Below are positions 60,385 through 64,000 of a stretch of DNA of 64,000 nt, in pieces. The stretch's first letter is position 1. Each line of letters starts with the position of its first letter. This DNA comes from Macrostomum lignano (taxonomy: Eukaryota), in NCBI GenBank assembly GCA_002269645.1, contig NIVC01000254.1, forward strand, positions 310,001 to 374,000, read 5' to 3'. The position numbers were made by a program, and so were the translations under genes. The notes below the pieces were generated by a model. It was not told where the DNA came from. It saw only the letters and a program-made list of their open reading frames with translations, and searched no databases.

Positions 60385-61570
60385 GGAGAGGTTGGAGAGA
60401 GCAAGAGAGGGTAGGATAGGATAGGAGAGGGTAGGAGAGGGTAGGAGAGAATATGAGAGGGTAGGAGAGGGTAGGAGAGGGTAGGAGAGGATAGGAGGGG
60501 ATAGGAGAGGGTAGGAGAGGCTAGGAGAGGCTAGGAGGGGATAGGAGAGGGTAGGAGAGGGTAGGAGAGGGTAGGAGAGGGTAGGAGAGGATAGGAGGGG
60601 ATAGGAGAGAGTAGGAGAGGGTAGGAGAGGCTAGGAGAGAATATGAGAGGGTAGGAGAGGGTAGGAGAGAATATAAGAGGGTAGGAGAGGGTAGGAGAGG
60701 GTAGGAGAGGCTAGGAGAGGCTAGGAGGGGATAGGAGAGGGTAGGAGAGGGTAGGAGAGGGTAGGAGAGGATAGGAGGGGATAGGAGAGAGTAGGAGAGG
60801 GTAGGAGAGGCTAGGAGAGAATATGAGAGGGTAGGAGAGGGTAGGAGAGAATATAAGAGGGTAGGAGAGGGTAGGAGAGAATATAAGAGGGTAGGAGAGG
60901 GTAGGAGGGGATAGGAGAGGGTAGGAGAGGCTAGGAGAGGCTTGGAGAGAATATGAGAGGGTAGAAGAGTGTAGGAGAGGGTAGAAGAGGGTAGGAGAGG
61001 CTAGGAGAGGCTTGGAGAGAATATGAGAGGGTAGAAGAGTGTAGGAGAGGGTAGAAGAGGGTAGGAGAGGGTAGGAGAGGGTAGGAGGGCTAGGAGAGAA
61101 TATGAGAGGGTAGAAGAGGGTAGGAGAGGGTAGGAGAGGGTAGGAGAGGGTAGGAGAGGCTAGGAGAGGGTAGGAGAGGGTAGGAGGGGATAGGAGAGGG
61201 TAGGAGAGGCTAGGAGAGGCTTGGAGAGAATATGAGAGGGTAGAAGAGTGTAGGAGAGGGTAGAAGAGGGTAGGAGAGGGTAGGAGAGGGTAGGAGAGGG
61301 TAGGAGGGCTAGGAGAGAATATGAGAGGGTAGAAGAGGGTAGGAGAGGGTAGGAGAGGGTAGGAGAGGGTAGGAGAGGGTAGGAGGGCTAGGAGAGAATA
61401 TCAGAGGGTAGAAGAGGGTAGGAGAGGGTAGGAGAGGGTAGGAGAGGGTAGGAGAGGCTAGGAGAGAATATGAGAGGGTAGAAGAGGGTAGGAGAGGGTA
61501 GAAGAGGGTAGGAGAGGGTAGAAGAGGATAGGAGAGGGTAGAAGAGGGTAGAAGAGGGTAGGAGAGGGTA
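60385..61570. repeat. 10-bp purine-rich repeat (GGAGAGGGTA)n
   Basis: Read directly. Confidence 0.97.
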
Positions 61571-62166
61571 GCAGACGCTAGCATTTTCAGTCCATCAAGA
61601 AATATTTGGCACATATTCGAGTCCATTTGAATAGTTGGTCAATAATTTGGTTGACAAGTGCGCCGGCGGTCCCACACGGTCAATAATAATAACCAACGCA
61701 TCAGGTCCAAATGATTTTCATTCACCACTGGCAGATAACCAATACAAATAGGCAGATTAATAGGGAATGCTCAGTGGTATAAGGGAAATCGATTTTTGGT
61801 TCTCTGCGGCGGGCCCTGAAGAATAAACAGAATTCTCGAGACCTCTGACGCCCCATTGATTGACAGACAGGATGAGCTCGGGCCGAGCTGGTCCAAGGAT
61901 GGGGAGGGGAAAGAGACTGCAGATGAGAGCAGCTTGGGGTAAGCGAAAAATGATTTGTGACAGTCGGCACTTCACAGGCTCGGAAAAGACCGAGTTCCGA
62001 TCGATAGATGGCTGCGGGAGAGCGGGACGGGGCTGCAAGAAATTTAATTGCGGCTATTCGGGCGACGGGGAGTGTCGATTGCTTGAGAATCGACCTTCCT
62101 GAGTGCGGGGAACCACGGGTAACTGCTGGCTGGGGCACTCACTGGACTGTCCACTGAAGTGCAGAG

Positions 62167-62202
<36 letters not shown>

Positions 62203-62207
62203 AGTCA

Positions 62208-62254
<47 letters not shown>

Positions 62255-62281
62255 AGTCAGTCTGTCTGTCTGTCCGTCTGT
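62167..62281. repeat. (CTGT)n microsatellite
   Basis: Read directly. Confidence 0.97.
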
Positions 62282-62752
62282 CTCATCACTTAGCTAAAGC
62301 ACACAGACCACTCACGAGCCAATCAAAAGTGAAGATTGGAAGACACGACCTTGTGCTACAAAACTGGTACAATACTTTCAATTCAAAATTATCTAACTTT
62401 GACCAAAAACCTATATTGTTGGTCTCATAATTCATACTTTTACGTTAGTATGAAATCAAATTGATGGACTTTAAAAGTTTCGCAAGACTAAAACAACCAA
62501 ATAGTTCTATTTAGTTTGAAGTGAGAGTTTAGTAGACAAAAGAAAGATAATTTTTTTGCTCAGAAAGTCAACAAAAGCAGGAGCAGACGGTTAAAGTTTT
62601 TATTTATCCAATATTTTTCTGATGTTTGTGATTGTTTAAATTTTGTTATCAATATTTTTACAGTATTTTTCTTGATTCTTTGTTGAAATCGTTAGACTTC
62701 ACTCCAGCAGATTCAAAATTGGTTTTTAATCGCAACGAATGGCGACACCTCG

Positions 62753-63150
62753 CTAACCTTGCATGCCATAGGCCATGAACTCGCAGATGGTGACGTATTC
62801 TGCACCATTGCTGCGACTCAAAATGCGGATTCTCGAGCCGAAGGCGTTGCTGGTGAAGTTGGACACAGAGAACGGAGCGCTGAGCCTCACCTGGTTACAC
62901 ACGGACCCGTCCACAAGGATGTCGAAATTGTTCAGTCTCTCAGGGCAGCAGTCCTGCCTGTTGTAGATGGTGACGAATGACACGAGAGATGGAGCCGTGA
63001 GACTGGCCTCCCACCACTCATTGAGGTTTTTATTGGTGTGAGTGCAGGAATGCCTGTGATAATGTTGATTTGTTCCGCCATCAATTGCGCGGCTGCACGG
63101 CTCTACCGATGAGCTCTGGCCGCAGCTGGCAATTGGCAGTTTCTTAGAGT
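62753..63150 (-). CDS. Terminal exon encoding an F-type lectin (fucolectin/FTP) domain; upstream exons probably beyond the window
   Basis: SRAIDGGTNQHYHRHSCTHT...WWEASL...VTIYNRQDCCPERL...YVTICEFMAYG carries the F-type lectin H...RxDxxxxR fucose-binding motif. Phase-1 acceptor TTACAG at 63151. Confidence 0.88.
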
Positions 63151-63249
63151 CTGTAACTAATAGGAACAGGCAGGCAGTTTGTTTTGCAGTGACGTGTGTG
63201 GCAATTTTAATTGGAGGGGCCGCAACACAAATTAAGAACAGCATTTGGT

Positions 63250-64000
63250 GTCTTGGTGGGCGCCCCCTGTTTCTTGGTTGGCGCCCCTGTCTCTTGGTGG
63301 GCGTCCTTGTCTCTTGGTGGGCGCCCCTGTCTCTTGGTGGGCACCCCCTGTCTCTTGGTGGGCGCCCCTGTCTCTTGGTGGGCACCCCCTGTCTCTTGGT
63401 GGGCGCCCCCTGTCTTTTGGTGGGCGTCCCTGTCTCTTGGTAGGCACCCCCTGACTCTTGGTGGGCGCCCCTTGTCTCTTGGTGGGCGTCCCTGTCTCTT
63501 GGTGGGCACCCCCTGTCTCTTGGTGGGCGTCCCTGTCTCTTGGTGGGCGCCCCCGTCTCGTATTTGGCGCCCCTGTCTCTTGGTTGGCGCCCCTGTCTCT
63601 TGGTTGGCGCCCCCTGTCTCTTGGTGGGCGTCCCTGTCTCTTGGTGGGCACCCCCTGTCTCTTGGTGGGCGTCCCTGTCTCTTGGTGGGCGCCCCCTTTC
63701 TCTTGGTGGGCGCCCCGTCTCGTATTTGGCGCCCCTGTCTCTTGGTTGGCGCCCCTGTCTCTTGGTTGGCGCCCCCGTCTCGTAGTTGGCGCCCCTGTCT
63801 CTTGGTGGGATCCCTTGTCTCTTGATGGGCGCCCTTGTCTCTTGGTGGGCGCCCCTGTCTCTTGGTGGGCGCCCTTGTCTCTTGGTGGGCGCCCCTGTAT
63901 CTTGGTGGGCGCCCCTGTCTCGTAGTTGGCGCCCCTGTCTCTTGGTGGGCGCCCCTGTCTCTTGGTGGGCGCCCTTGTCTCTTGGTGGGCGCCCCTGTCT
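63250..64000. repeat. 21/22-bp minisatellite (CCCCTGTCTCTTGGTGGGCGC), running off the window
   Basis: Read directly. Probably intronic to the lectin gene. Confidence 0.97.

Overview
Eukaryotic, almost certainly invertebrate metazoan, genomic DNA: GT-AG spliceosomal introns, GC-rich exons in AT-rich, minisatellite-filled introns. The style resembles the flatworm Macrostomum, but that is only an impression. There are no prokaryotic features and no CRISPR. The left ~34 kb is a transposon-rich region. It holds a putative 8.7-kb minus-strand Helitron (342-9035) carrying a spliced RPA70-like two-OB-fold gene that is interrupted by a 2.2-kb solo LTR with an ATTT TSD. It also holds two small spliced CCHC zinc-knuckle genes, an EnSpm/CACTA-like non-autonomous element, a PIF/Harbinger element (28-bp TIRs, TAA TSD, MADF ORF, decayed transposase), two spliced DUF4806-like genes, a LINE RT scrap, nested MITEs and a 4.1-kb 23-bp satellite. 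The right half has three host genes reconstructed by hand with consistent splice phases: a 4-exon GT32 (OCH1/Sur1-like, DXD) glycosyltransferase (34300-41697, 359 aa), a 4-exon NCAM/fasciclin-II-like protein (5 Ig + 2 FN3, 44444-55132, 860 aa) and the last exon of an F-type lectin (62753-63150, minus). Most of their introns carry a different tandem array. The most notable structures are the RPA-only Helitron with an LTR-supplied in-frame splice acceptor, an 18-bp satellite built from the Pol III A-box of an adjacent CORE-SINE, and an inverted pair of 21-bp arrays bracketing the last two NCAM-like exons. All calls come from manual reading; no database searches were run.
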